Origin: Mobula hypostoma
Taxonomy: Eukaryota
Direction of reading: 5' to 3'
Assembly (NCBI RefSeq): GCF_963921235.1
Contig: NC_086097.1
Location: 211,732,001-211,796,000 of the forward strand
Length of the DNA: 64,000 nt
Part shown: positions 1-12,173 of the stretch, in pieces
Layout of the letters: each line of letters starts with the position of its first letter
Numbering within the stretch: position 1 is the stretch's first letter
Program-made: the position numbers and the translations under genes
The notes under the pieces: model-generated
The model's input: the letters and a program-made list of their open reading frames with translations, nothing else
Databases searched by the model: none
What the model was told of the DNA's origin: nothing

Positions 1-135
1 AGGAGGTCGAGTTGCGAGCTCGACATCAACCCTGCACGGATGGAGAGCGCGCTCAGGAGCGGTCTGTCACTGGATCGAACTCAGGAACCTCCGTTCTCGA
101 GCCTGGTGCTGATCTCACTGCGCCACCAGCCAACC
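1..135 (-). mobile_element. tRNA-derived SINE, 5' head (cut by window edge)
   Basis: Minus strand reads ggttggctggTGGCGCAGTGAgatc...GAGTTCGATCC, i.e. Pol III A and B boxes at tRNA-like spacing; CpG-rich. Confidence 0.65.
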
Positions 136-817
136 GATCAGGGATCAGAAGTGGAGAGATTGAGCAGCTTCAGGTTCCTGGGTGTCAAGATCTCTGAGGA
201 CCTAACCTGGTCCCAATATGTTGATGCAGCTATAAAGAAGACAAGACAGTGACTATACTTCATTAGGAGTTTGAAAAGATTTGGTATGTCAAAGATACTT
301 AAAAACATCTACAGATGTACTGTGGAGAACATTCTGACAGGCTGCATCACTGTCAGGTATGGAGGGGCTACTGCTCAGGACCGAAAGAAGCTGCAGAGGG
401 TTGTAAATTTAGTCAGCTCCATCTTGGGTACTAGCCTACAAAGTACCCAGGACATCTTCAGGGAGCAGTGTCTCAGAAAGGCAGCGTCCATTATTAAAGA
501 CCTCTAGCTCCCAGGACATGCCCTTTTCTCACTGTTACCATCAGGTAGGAGGTACAGAAGCCTGAAGGCACACACTCAGTGATTCAGGAACATCTTCTTC
601 CCCTCTGCCATCTGATTCCTAAATGGACATTGAACTTGTAAATACTACCTCACTTTTTCAAAATATATTATTTCTGTTTTAGTATGATTTTTAATCTCCA
701 ATATACATATGCTGTAATTTATTTATTTATTTTTCTATATTATGCATTGCATTGAACCGCTGCTAAGTTAACAAATTTCATGACACATGCCGGTGATAAT
801 AAACCTGATTCTGATTT
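136..817 (+). mobile_element. Rex1/Babar-type LINE, 3' fragment (disabled RT C-terminus and 3' UTR)
   Basis: Translations SFRFLGVKISEDLTWSQ, (L)KRFG...YRCTVENILTGCITV; ends aataaacctgattctgatt. Confidence 0.8.
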
Positions 818-1403
818 GATATAAACAATCAAGCACAGCATGATTTTCTCCTGAATCCCGTGAGTCCTGACATAGAAGCTGCTAAAGCTACCCCAATGAG
901 GAGATAGCTTCAGGAATAAGCCGTGCATTAGCAGTTCAGTCTTGAAAGTGGTTCACCACCCAAAAACCTTGAAAAACTGCAACTGATAAAAAAAATTATT
1001 GATTTATGTTTTCCATATGAATGAGTTTATAATCATGGAGTCCATCTTGAAAATATCAAAAAAATACCCTCCTATTGTACATTGTATGAATAAAATATAA
1101 ATGCTTAGAAATGAAACATTAAAGCAGTAGAAAGTGCAAGGTTTGAGAGGGGGACATATTCATTCAAACTGTGCTGCCACTGCTTTGTATTCCACCAACT
1201 GCCGGAGGGTCACAGCCATTAAAGACACACTCTGCAAGGTATCTGAACACCAGCAGCACACACCTTGGACTCCACTTCAATGAAGTATTATTCTTCCATG
1301 CTGACAGTCACTCACATGCATACAGATACATATTTCAACACCCACTGCCCGCTCTTCTACACCAACCCCATCCTCACCTCACTAGATATTCAACCCTCAA
1401 GTC

Positions 1404-1890
1404 AAGGTTCACCAGATTGATTCCTGGGATGGCAGGACTTTCATATGAAGAAAGACTGGATGAACTGGGCTTGTACTCGTTGGAATTTAGAAGATTGAGG
1501 GGGGATCTGATTGAAACGTATAAGATCCTAAAGGGATTGGACAGGCTAGATGCAGGAAGATTATTCCCGATGTTGGGGAAGTCCAGAACGAGGGGTCACA
1601 GTTTGAGGATAGAGGGGAAGCCTTTTAGGACGGAGATTAGGAAAAACTTCTTCACACAGAGAGTGGTGAATCTGTGGAATTCTCTGCCACAGGAAACAGT
1701 TGAGGCCAGTTCATTGGCTATATTTAAGAGGGAGTTAGATATGGCCCTTGTGGCTACGGGGATCAGGGGGTATGGAGGGAAGGCTGGGGCGGGGTTCTGA
1801 GTTGGATGATCAGCCATGATCATAATAAATGGCGGTGCAGGCTCGAAGGGCCAGATGGCCTACTCCTGCACCTATTTTCTATGTTTCTAT
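1404..1890 (+). mobile_element. CR1 LINE 3' end, young subfamily
   Basis: RFTRLIPGMAGLSYEERL...RTRGHSL...FFTQRVVNLWNSLP; ends ttctatgtttcta; nearly identical to 30970-31456. Confidence 0.92.
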
Positions 1891-2131
1891 CTCCAATTGG
1901 GCAAAGAACAGAAAAAAGTGATAAGGGGGACATTCATGCAGAGGCAGTGAATATCCCCAGTAGAGGCTATCCTCCAACCAGTGAATAGAGAGGCCACTGA
2001 ACCTCAATGCACCTCAAAAACAAATACAATCCACAGCCTGCAGGTATACCCATAAACAGCATTTTGTTATGGACTATAGCCCTTTTGATTTTATCAGTAA
2101 TAGGTATTGCCATTACTATCTGCACAGCTGC

Positions 2132-2300
2132 AAAGACACAAGATTGCAGTTGTTGGGAAGTGGAGCAAAAAAAAAACAAGTTGCTAGAGGGTCTCAGTCG
2201 GTCAGGTAGCATGTGTGGAGGCAAAGGAATAATTGGCATTTTAGCTGAGGCTCTTTATCAGGTTCTGCCTGTCCCACTGTTTCCCTGCAGCAGTTTGCTT
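2132..2300 (-). mobile_element. Old Penelope-like element terminal remnant
   Basis: Diverged match to the PLE end motif seen elsewhere in the window (tgctggaggaactcagc...cagcatc), with a decayed antisense hammerhead (ctttatcagg). Confidence 0.5.
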
Positions 2301-3443
2301 TTTGTGATGTTACCATTAGGGTATTTTTACTGCAGCTTCTGTACAACTATCTTCTGCCTTGTCTTTGTAGGGTATCAGGATGGGTCAACTATTCCTCCTT
2401 CTTCAGAGGTGGAGGACACAGAGCAGGAATGAAGGAAAGAATATGAAGGGATATTGGAATGAGAAGACTAAGAAGAGGGATGTGATTTTTATGACTGCAC
2501 TGCATCATTATGCTTGGAACCAGTCAGTGGGAAGATTGTATAATGTCTCACTGAAGGGAAGATCTGAGATACCTGCCCCAAACCACTCAGAAGAGGACCA
2601 TGAATGCAATGCTTTTGTAACAAGGTGCAGACAAAGTATATTAACATGGCTTTAGAATTGGTTAATGGGTGGAAAGCAGAGAAAGCACAGAAGGTTTATT
2701 TTTGGATTGGCAGGTGTAAGGCAGTACAAGGTGATAAAAAGTTAAAAGAATACTCTAAGACATTTGGAGAAATGGTAAGTTTTCCACTTTGGAGGAAAGG
2801 TAGAAAATCAAAATATTTTACTAACAGTGAGGGGTTTGGATTTGAAAGCAAAATACTACATACTATACATAAGTTGAAAATGTGAAATTAAAACATGTTA
2901 CAAATGCTAGAAATACTCAGTAGGGAAAGCCGTAAAAACATCTAGCTGAAACATAAACTTAGTCTTTTTCTGCACAGAATCAGGGTGACTGTGTAGTGCT
3001 TCCAGCATTTTCTGTTTATCAGATACTGGGAGATGTTGTTAGTCAGAGACAGCTGGCATCTCAAACATGAATCACAACAAGTGAACTCAAAATAACGGAG
3101 TATTTAGGAAAGCAAGTAGACCTTTATTACATTGGACTGGGATATAAGAGTAAAGAAAACTTACTGCTTTTATTTTGCATATAAAATTATTGCTAAGATT
3201 TTAACAAATCTGAATGATCCAGTCTCATTTTATCCTCAGAATGTACAGGGTTATTTTGGCCCATCGAGACAATGCCTGCTCCCTTCACTCCCATTCATCC
3301 ACTTGTTTCCCTGTAATGTATTCTTTCTCATAACTCCGCACTGATCCTCCTACCCACCCAGCTACACTGAGGGCAATTTTACGTAAGCCAGCTTTCCAAT
3401 AGCCAACATTTTTAGACAGGTTACAAAAAGTAATGAGACTGCA

Positions 3444-3712
3444 TTGTATCAAGCCTAATAGGAGTCATCTGCCACTCATGTCCAACTCATCACCCGCAAC
3501 CTATTTAAACCTGATGCTCAGCCACAGTCCTTTGTTCACCCATCGAATCAGCCGGCCTCAACTAGTTGCTCCTAGTCTTGTTGTCTTCCACATTAAGTGT
3601 CTATTCTCTCGTTTTGTGGACCCTGTGGCTTGTTATTTTGCTGTGATCAGTTGTTGCTAAATTGTGTCCGCTGCTCCGGGTTTGGGTCAAGCCTTCTCTA
3701 CATTTCCTGACA
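3444..3712 (+). mobile_element. Possible LTR remnant
   Basis: TATA-like ctatttaaac; ends tttgggtc...cctgaca like fish Gypsy-type LTR 3' ends; no TSD found. Confidence 0.3.
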
Positions 3713-4887
3713 AATTGCCTTTAAAGATAGACCTTTGCACAATTCTTTCCTGAGAACTAGCCTGTAAGTAAAACAAAATCCAGAATAATTATCTTGTAAA
3801 AACAACGGTGAATATTTTTGTAATTACTTAATATCACTTTTACCTTGTTGTACTATTTCAGCTCCATGGTTTTGTGGATGTCAGAAAAAGATCTGTTTTT
3901 TTACACTAGAGTAGGGTGTGAACTGAAAGACTTTAGTTTTGTTTTGTTCATGGGTGATACTTGGATAACAACATAATACCCCCATATTTCATTACTAGTG
4001 CTGCTTGCAGTGACACTGTTAGGATTATTGGTTCTTTTAAGAGCATCACTCATTCTCAGCTGTCAATGTTGAAATTTTTCAGGACCAGGCTTGGAGGAAA
4101 GAGAAACTAATTCACACTCCATGAGGTGTGAAGACATAGCTGGCTGAAAACTAGAGGGGAATATTAATACAAAATCTTCAAAGTGAAAACTGTAGGAAGA
4201 GTAATATTTCAACTTGATAAGATGATGAAAGGTTCACAGCAGAGAAAATAAAATCTGATGAATTGTGACTCTGAAATTATTTAATTTATTCATAAACTGT
4301 CTATACTAACAGTTCAGTAAACACCTCAGGAGTCTTTATGTAGTAATTAGCTTTTGGATGGTGACGAAGACATTTCTAAAATCTGCCTACAAGGTTTCTT
4401 CTGCTTGATTAAAAGAGTTATGATGATGAAGAAAGGAGCAGTCTTACTCTTCACGACCAATAGCTTGTGAAGTGTGTGCAGCTTTGCAAATGATCCTTCT
4501 GCCAGTGTTTTCACTTGAGCAAATTATTATTCCTTTGTACACTCAATGCTGCATTCTGCACTGAAGGAGTGCTATACAGGATTGGTTGCCCCTCTGCTAC
4601 CAACTGGTGGAGGTGGTGGGGACAGAAGGAAAAGATGTATTTGTGTTTTTGAACAATATATAGCAGAAGAACCGGGCCATCCTTTATTCAAGATTGGCAC
4701 CATGGATGAGATGTTCTGAAGTTATACAATTAAGGTAGCATAATTATGGATTGACTAACATGAAACCCAGTCTCTAGGAAATAAACACTGTACAAATTAA
4801 ACTTACAACTGATACTGTGTGGTTCGTGAAAACAATCAGTAGGTGTGGGACATTGTCTGTCACAATGAAACTACACAGGCGCTAATA

Positions 4888-6068
4888 ATAAGCTTCAAGA
4901 CCTTGGCCTCAATATCACCTTGTGCAATTGGATCCTCAATTTCCTCACTTGCAGACCCCAGTCAGTTCAGATTGGCAAAACATCTCTCCACAATCAGCAC
5001 AGGTGCACCACAAGGCTGTGTACTTTGCCCCCTGCTCTTCTTGCATTACAGCAATGACTGTGAGACTAAGCACAGCTCCAATACCATATTCAAGTTTGCA
5101 GAAACCACTGTCATAGGCCGAATGAAAGGTGGTGATGAATCAGCGTATAGGAGGGAGATTGAAAATCCAGCTGACTGGTGCCACAACAACAACTCTTACT
5201 CAATTTCAGCAAGATGAAGAATCTGATTATTCACCAGGAGGAGGAAACCAGAGGTCCATGAGCCAGTTCTCATTAGAGGATAGAGGGTCAGCAACTTTAA
5301 ATTCCTCAATGTTAACTTTTCAGAGGACCTGTCCTGGGCCCAGCACATCAGTGCAATTATGAAGAAAGCACAACAGCACTTCTACTTCCTTAGGAGTCTG
5401 TGAAGATTCGGCAGGACATTTAAAACTTAGACAAACTTCTTTGGATGTGTGGTAGAGAGTATATTGAATGGCTGCATCACAGCCTGGTATGGAAACACCA
5501 ATGCCCTGGAATGGAAAACCCTACAAAATGCAGCGGATTTGGCCCAGTCCATCACAGATAAAGCCCTCCCCACTATTGAGCACATCTACATGCAATGCTG
5601 TCGCAGGAAAGCAGGGACCATCCATCATCAGGGACCCCCACTATCAACACCAGTGCTCTCTTCTTATTTCTGCTGTCATCAGCAAGAAGGTACAGGAGCC
5701 TCAAGGCTCACATTGCCAAGTTCAGGAGCAGTTATTACCCCTCAACCATTACGCTGTTGAACGAAAGGGACTCCACTCACTTTCAGTTGTCCTGTTACTG
5801 ATATGTTCCCACAACCTATGGACTCACTTTCAATTACTCTTCATCTCATGTTCTCGATATTTATTTATTTATTTGTTTATTTATTTGTAGTTACACAGTT
5901 TGTTGTCTTTTGTAAACTGGTTGAACACCCAGTTGGCGTGACCTTTCATTGATTCTATTATGGATATTATTTTATTATGGATTTATTGAGTATGCCCACA
6001 AGAAAATTAATCAGAGTTGTATAGGATGACGTGTACTTTGATAATTAATTTAATTTAAGTTGAACTTT
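4888..6068 (+). mobile_element. Rex1/Babar-type LINE, 5'-truncated and frameshifted
   Basis: [37 protein letters not shown]; 3' tail ending in ttgaacttt. Confidence 0.85.
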
Positions 6069-6298
6069 GGGGGAAAGAAAATAGATGAATGTTCCTGCTG
6101 TTACTATATTGTAAAAAATTTATCCATGCCTCTTTATGCATAGCTCTGGACAGACCACTTAACCTTCTGGTTAGCTGTATCCTCAACACTTTAAAAAAAA
6201 AGGTATATTTTGGGTGTCTGGATGCTTTCGGAACTGACATCTGTACTGAATATTCAAAGGGGCTCTGCTAGGTGAGAATGAAAGGGAGTGAGAATAGA

Positions 6299-6812
6299 CA
6301 CACTCAGGTTGGAGGAACAACACCTTATATTCCGTCTGGGTAGCCTCCAACCTGATGGCATGAACATTGACTTCTCTAACTTCCGCTAATGCCCCACCTC
6401 CCCCTCGTACCCCATCCGTTATTTATTTTTATACACACATTCTTTCTCTCACTCTCCTTTTTCTCCCTCTGTCCCTCTGACTATACCCCTTGCCCATTCT
6501 CTGGGTTCCCCCCACCTTGTCTTTCTCCCTGGGCCTCCTGTCCCATGATCCTCTCATATCCCCTTTGCCAATCACCTGTCCAGCTCTTGGCTCCATCCCT
6601 CCCCCTCCTGTCTTCTCCTATCATTTTGGATCTCCCCCTCCCCCTCTCAAATCTCTTACTAACTCTTCCTTCAGTTAGTCCTGATGAAGGGTCTCGGCCC
6701 GAAACGTCGACTGTACCTCTTCCTAGAGATGCTGCCTGGCCTGCTGCATTCACCAGCAACTTTGATGTGTGTTGCTTGAATTTCCAGCATCTGCAGAATT
6801 CCTGTTGGTTAT
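6299..6812 (+). mobile_element. Penelope-like element (family A) 3' fragment: end of GIY-YIG ORF, pyrimidine-rich UTR, hammerhead, tail
   Basis: TLRLEEQHLIFRLGSLQPDGMNIDFSNFR*; same sequence as the GIY-YIG-bearing copy at 48.5-49.7 kb. Confidence 0.9.
6676..6713 (+). ncRNA. Minimal type I hammerhead ribozyme motif (PLE-associated), intact core
   Basis: tagtc-CTGATGA-a-gggt(ctcg)gccc-GAAA-cgtc-gactg: helix I tagtc/gactg, helix II gggt/gccc, palindromic ACGT in place of helix III, predicted cleavage after GTC (6708). Confidence 0.85.
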
Positions 6813-7584
6813 GTGTGACCATTGTATAACTTGGTTTTCTATAAATCCCAGTAAGGAATTTAAAAACTTTTTTTAAACCATTTTGTCCATGCTTGCATAG
6901 CTTATTGAGATCTATAACAGTCTATACATAGACCTTTGAAGAAACAAGTGGGGATGAGCACAGAAACCTTCCATATTTACCTCTCTGTACAGTCAGGAGA
7001 ACAATTTTTACCCTCTAGCCTTCACAAGGATACTCCTGGCCAAGTTTAGCCCCACTCTGCCGTCCCACGGAGATTGAGAATCACCCTCAGAGCCAGACCA
7101 TATTTGGTGTAGGCAGATTTTTCCCAAGTCCCAAGTTGTTGTGTTGTGATTGGAAAACTCAATTACTATACACAACCTGCCACTTACAAAGAGACCCAAA
7201 GCCCGTTTTTTTTTGAGCAGTCCCCAGGACAGTGTCTTTTGGCACATGTTCCAAATACATTGTCCAGGTTTCAGGTGATACATAGAGTCAAATTTTGAAT
7301 TGTTTTAAATGTTGTGATGAGGGAAAACTTATTTCAATTTTACAGGCTTTGTGTCAGCACAGGGTTTGAGGTAAGCCTCAGGAATATCATCACTTCCAAA
7401 TGAGGATAATGTGCTAGTTGCAGTCCAGTTAGGTGCTGAACTCAGTTAAGAGTGCCCTTCAGGTAGAAGTGTCCAAGGTGTTCCTGTGTGATATGAAGAG
7501 TTCCTGCATCACCCAGTTACTATGAGTGGTCAAGATGTTTAAAGGTTTGACAGTGGTTCTTTCTGAATGTGAGGTGTTGGTCAA

Positions 7585-7789
7585 ATCCATCAGATCCAGT
7601 CGTCGTGGTGGTTTCCATGCCATTGGAATCGGTTGGTTGATTTGTGAAGTATCATGTGCTTCTTGGAGGGCAACACCAAGTACACCTTAAACAAATACAC
7701 GGACAGGCGTCTTCACTCTGTGGGCCACTTCTTCAGAACGAAGACCATCATCCTCAACCTCGAGGGATAGCCACGACGACGACGACGAC
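7585..7789 (+). mobile_element. Short retroposon with RTE-like 3' end and (GAC)n tail
   Basis: Ends catcatcctcaacctcgagggatagcc(acg)n; 9-bp TSD gttggtcaa at 7576-7584 and 7790-7798. Confidence 0.7.
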
Positions 7790-8619
7790 GTTGGTCAAGG
7801 TTCTGCTTTCAAAGATTGGCTCTTGCACAGCTTTATTTAAGCGTGCCAAGATATTCCCTGAATCCTGGGATTCAGTCACAGATGGAGTGAATAATTAGGC
7901 AGGTAACACCATCACTGCCCCACTGCCTGTTCTGCAGCCATCCATTCATTGCTTGGCTGATGCTGTTCCCCGGTTACCGATCTCAAAGATGCCTATTGGA
8001 GGGAACTGTTTAATGGTAATGACTGTGTGATTTCCATCTAATGATCCATTTTGAACATTGATACAAGAGAGTTGTAGAACGCAGACGCAGGCCTGTGACA
8101 ACCTGCCACTGGGAATTCCAAATCCATTGGACAACATTGTTGAAGAAATCCATAACTGTTGGTGCTGTGAGCCAGAGAAGAGAGCCACTCCGAGCCACTT
8201 CCCAATGATGGCCTTTCTCCATTGTGCCATTATCTTTCACCTCCTCTTCTTATGCTCTTCCTACTGTCTGAAAAGTTCTGCACCAGGCAACAGCTATGTC
8301 TCAATGATAGCTTGAGTGTGAAGCACAGGAGAGATAACCACAAAGTGTGCAGCCCTTTTTTGTGAATTTTCCATGTTGTCCCTGATCTATCAAACCACTA
8401 GAGTCTCATTTTGAGGACCTTGATGGTATTTCTCACCAGTCTCAGATCTGAAATTGTAAATAAGAATTCTGATTTAGGCAAGAATCTGTGGAAAGAGATA
8501 ACTCTCAGGCCCAAGAACTAGTCCTCTATCCAGCCCTCAGGCTCAGTGGATTGTTGAGATTCAAAGAGTCATGTGGGAGTTGTGGGCACACATAGCTTTC
8601 ATCATGATGAATATCTGTT

Positions 8620-8895
8620 TGTAACACACACAAAATTGTGGAGGAACTCAGCAGGCCAGGCAGCATCTACGGACAGGAATAAACAGTCAATGGTTTAGGC
8701 TTCATCAGGACTGGAGAAGAAGAGAAAGAAGCCAGAATAAGAAGGTGGGGGGAATGGGAAGGAGGACAAGCTGGCAGGTGATAGATGAAGCCAGGTGAGG
8801 GGGAAGGTGTGTGGCTGCGGGCTGGGGATGAAGTGGGAAGCTGGGAGGAGATAAGTGGAAAAGATAAAGGTCTAAAGAAGAAGGATTTTGATAGA
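8620..8895 (-). mobile_element. Penelope-like element terminal fragment (older subfamily) with deleted hammerhead
   Basis: gaggaactcagcaggccaggcagcatc end motif, ttcatcaggact (antisense agtcCTGATGAa) and purine-rich antisense UTR. Confidence 0.7.
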
Positions 8896-9949
8896 GTTGG
8901 AGCAGCTGGATATTCAGGGAGTGATAGCTCTTGTGATCCATTAAGAGCTCTTGTTCACAAGGAGTGTCTGGACCACTTGACTGCGGTACATTCTCATATA
9001 CCAGGTTTTTGTCCTCCCACTCCTCCTCTAAGCTCCAGTATCAAATTGCCTCTGCATTCAAGACTTCTCTTGCTTCATGTCAAGTTACATACCCAACAAA
9101 GCCACAATTAAAGCACCCATTTCTTAGTTTACAAACTACCATACAATTTTCATGATCGTGTCAAAGCTTGGCATGTCTGACTCAAATGAGTTCAGTTCCA
9201 AATGATTCTTCTCCAAAGCATCAAGTGATTGATTATCCCTTTATATAGCTCAGTCACAGGGCTTAATCCAGTAGTTAAAATGTGCTTTCCTATGGATGTC
9301 ACATACACTGTGAGTTAATTAGATTTCTTGATTAATTTTCCACAAGGAGCCATCAATTGATCATGGCATGGAGAGTGATGCGACTTCTCCGCGTATCCCA
9401 TACAAAGATACATCATGAGCACAGAAATGCTTGGAAAAGATTTTATTAAGTGTGATATATGCTATTTGACACATCACATGGTTAGCAAATGGCTTTGTGC
9501 AATGCGTTACTCACATAGGACTTGAAAAGCAAGTAGAATAGTTTTCTTTCTGCACTCAACACTGTGTGTATGAATGGAGCTTGCATTTTTTATTCACAGA
9601 ATACACAATTTCATTTGCAGTCAATGCATTTTAAAATTGCAAGGAGAAATTTTAATAAATGGAAGCAAAAAAGAAGTGTGGGGTAGGAAATTACATTCTT
9701 CTGGTTGCCTTCCACCCATAACTTCAGGGAATGTAGAAAAGCCAATGATTTGTCCAGAAATTGGAACTCTGCCCATTCTAAAACCGGTTATTATCCCAGA
9801 ATGGACAATTCAAGAAAACAGATTTTCCAGGTTAAGAGTTTCTAGTTTTGCCAAAAAATCAGATAGCATTGAGTTGGTAATGGGAGAACCAATACAAGGG
9901 ATTAAACCTACTTGACCTCACCTTCGCCAATCTACCTGCATATCTGTTA

Positions 9950-10880
9950 GGATAGCACTGGCAGGAGAGACAAACTCCTGCATACATATGAAGATACTCT
10001 CCATCAGATTATGTAGAATAACAAATGTGCAAGATGGAATTGACTCAGAACAGATCTAGTAGCTTAAAATTATGCATTTATGGGATTCCGTGAACCATCG
10101 ACAACAGCACGAATGTATAACATCATAATCTGTAACCTCATGGCCCAGAATATCCTTCACTCTACCATTGCTATCAAACCAGAGGATCAACCCTGGTTTT
10201 CTGAGCAATGCTGAAGGGTATGATGAAGGCAGCCCCAAACAAACCCCAAGGAGAAGGTGACCAATTTAAAGGAAGTTGTAATATCAAGATACTTAGATGA
10301 TAAATAGCAAAACAAAAGCTTGTAACAGGTAACAAACAAGAGAAAATCTACAGATGCTGGAAATCCAAGCAACACACACAAAATGCTGGAGGAACTCAGC
10401 AGGCCAGGCAGCACCTATAGAAAAGAGTATCTTAAGCAAACCCATGGTCATCAGATCATATCAGCATTCTTCAGTCCACTATGTATATTTATGAACAATA
10501 GTTGACAAATAAGTAACTAATAGTAAGAGCAAGCTTCAAGAATATCCTAGCTATGTAAAATAATAAGGATGAGCACAAGTGTGCTAAAGAAAAGGTTGAA
10601 TTCTCAACGATGTTCAGCTGGAAGAATGGCCCACCTTGCAGATGGCCAGTCTCAGATTATCCTGGTATAAAAACCAGTCTCTGGCCAATTCATTTCATTC
10701 CACATAATATCAAAAAAATAAGTGTGCCTACAGGCTATGAAAAACACAACATTCCAAATGAAGTACTGATATCTCGTGTTCCAGAATGAGCTGCGGCTCT
10801 GGCCAACAATATAGAAAATTACCCAGGTGTGTCACCCACAAAACGCAGAATCTGTTTATTTATCACCCAATCACCTATCC
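9950..10880 (+). mobile_element. Highly degraded LINE ORF2 fragment (CR1/L2-superfamily-like), interrupted by a PLE end
   Basis: Residual peptide NLMAQNILHSTIAIKPEDQPWFSE, typical of the LINE endonuclease-RT linker; many stops. Confidence 0.45.
10331..10430 (-). mobile_element. Penelope-like element terminus (tail plus end motif)
   Basis: aagagaaaatctacagatgctggaaatccaagcaacacacacaaaatgctggaggaactcagcaggccaggcagc. Confidence 0.75.
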
Positions 10881-11867
10881 ATTGTCTATAAGGCATAAGG
10901 TGCGATACTTTGTACTTAAAGCATAGAACAGTATAGCCCTTCAGCTCATGATGTCATCCATTTACCTGCATATGATTCATATCCTTCCATTCCTTGCAAA
11001 TTCATGTGCCCGTCCAAATGTCGCTTAAAAACACTATTATACTTGCTTCCACCACCAACACCAGCAGTGTGTTCCAGGCAGCTACCGCCCTATATATATT
11101 AAAGATATATGTGTATATATTTTTTAAAAAACTTGCCTCACACACCTCCTTTAATTATCTCCCCTTTACCTTAAACCTATGCCCTCTAGTATTTGGCATT
11201 TTCACCTTGAGAAAAAGACTCTGGATATTTACCCCATCCATGCCTCTCATAAATTCATCAACCTCTATCAGATAAACCCTCAGTCCCCAACTCTCCAGAG
11301 AAAACAATCCAAATTTATTCAACCTCTCCTAATAGCCAGTACATTCACATCCAGGCAACATCCTGATGAAACTCTTCTGCACCTGTTCTAAAGCCACCAC
11401 ATTCTTCCTGTAATACTGTGTCAAGAAATGCACATAATTCTCCAAATGTAACCAATCTGGAGTTTTATACATACTGTAGATAAAGTCATAGAGTACCACA
11501 GTACAGAAACAGGTCCTTCACCCCATCTAGTCTGTGCTGAGCTACTAATCTGTCTAGTCCCATCAATCTGCAGCCTACCATAGCCCTCCGTACCCCTCCA
11601 TCCATGTACCTATCCAAATTTCTCTTGAATGTTGAAATCAAACCTGTGTCCATCATTTTCACTGGCAGCTCGTTTCACACTCTCATCACCCTCTGAGTGA
11701 AGACGTTCCCCTTCATGCTCCTCTTAAACATTTCACATTTCACCCTTGACCCATGACATCTAGTTCTAGTCTCACCCAAACTCAGTGGAAAAACGCTGCT
11801 TGCATTTTTTCTACTTATACCCCTCATAATTTTTATGCCAATATCAAAGCTCCCCTCATTCTCTTAC

Positions 11868-12173
11868 GCAAACACGAGGAAATCTGCAGATGCTGGAAAT
11901 TCAAGCCCTTTTCTTTCTCCCTGGGCCTCCTGTCCCATGATCCTCTCATATCCCTTTTGCCAATGAACTGTCCAGCTCTTGGCTCCATCCCTCCCCCTCC
12001 TGTCTTCTCCTATCATTCTGGATCTCCCCCCCCCCACCGGCACTTTCAAATCTCTTACTAGCTCTTCTTTTAGTTAGTCCTGACGAAGGGTCTCAGCCTG
12101 AAATGTCGACTGTACCTCTTCCTAGAGATGCTGCCTGGCCTGCTGCGTTCACTAGCAACTTTGATGTGTGTTG
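11868..12173 (+). mobile_element. PLE family A insertion: inverted tail, then UTR/hammerhead body
   Basis: 14-bp TSD cctcattctc(t/c)tac at 11854-11867 and 12174-12187; 11868-11906 is the reverse complement of the tail missing from the right end. Confidence 0.85.
12075..12112 (+). ncRNA. Hammerhead ribozyme motif, slightly mutated copy
   Basis: tagtc-CTGACGA-agggtctcagcct-GAAA-tgtc-gactg; the ACGT palindrome is mutated to ATGT. Confidence 0.6.

Noticed and set aside
1171..1800. 209-aa ORF as a host gene
   Set aside because: Chance read-through of unique sequence into a CR1 C-terminus; the start codon is GTG.
2007..2432. 141-aa ORF with two hydrophobic segments
   Set aside because: The middle is an antisense PLE remnant; no recognisable domain.
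4255..4280. CTGATGA...GAAA resembling a hammerhead core
   Set aside because: No helix II or helix I pairing and no NUH site in context.
9574..9915. 113-aa ORF in unique DNA
   Set aside because: No recognisable homology and no convincing splice context on either strand.
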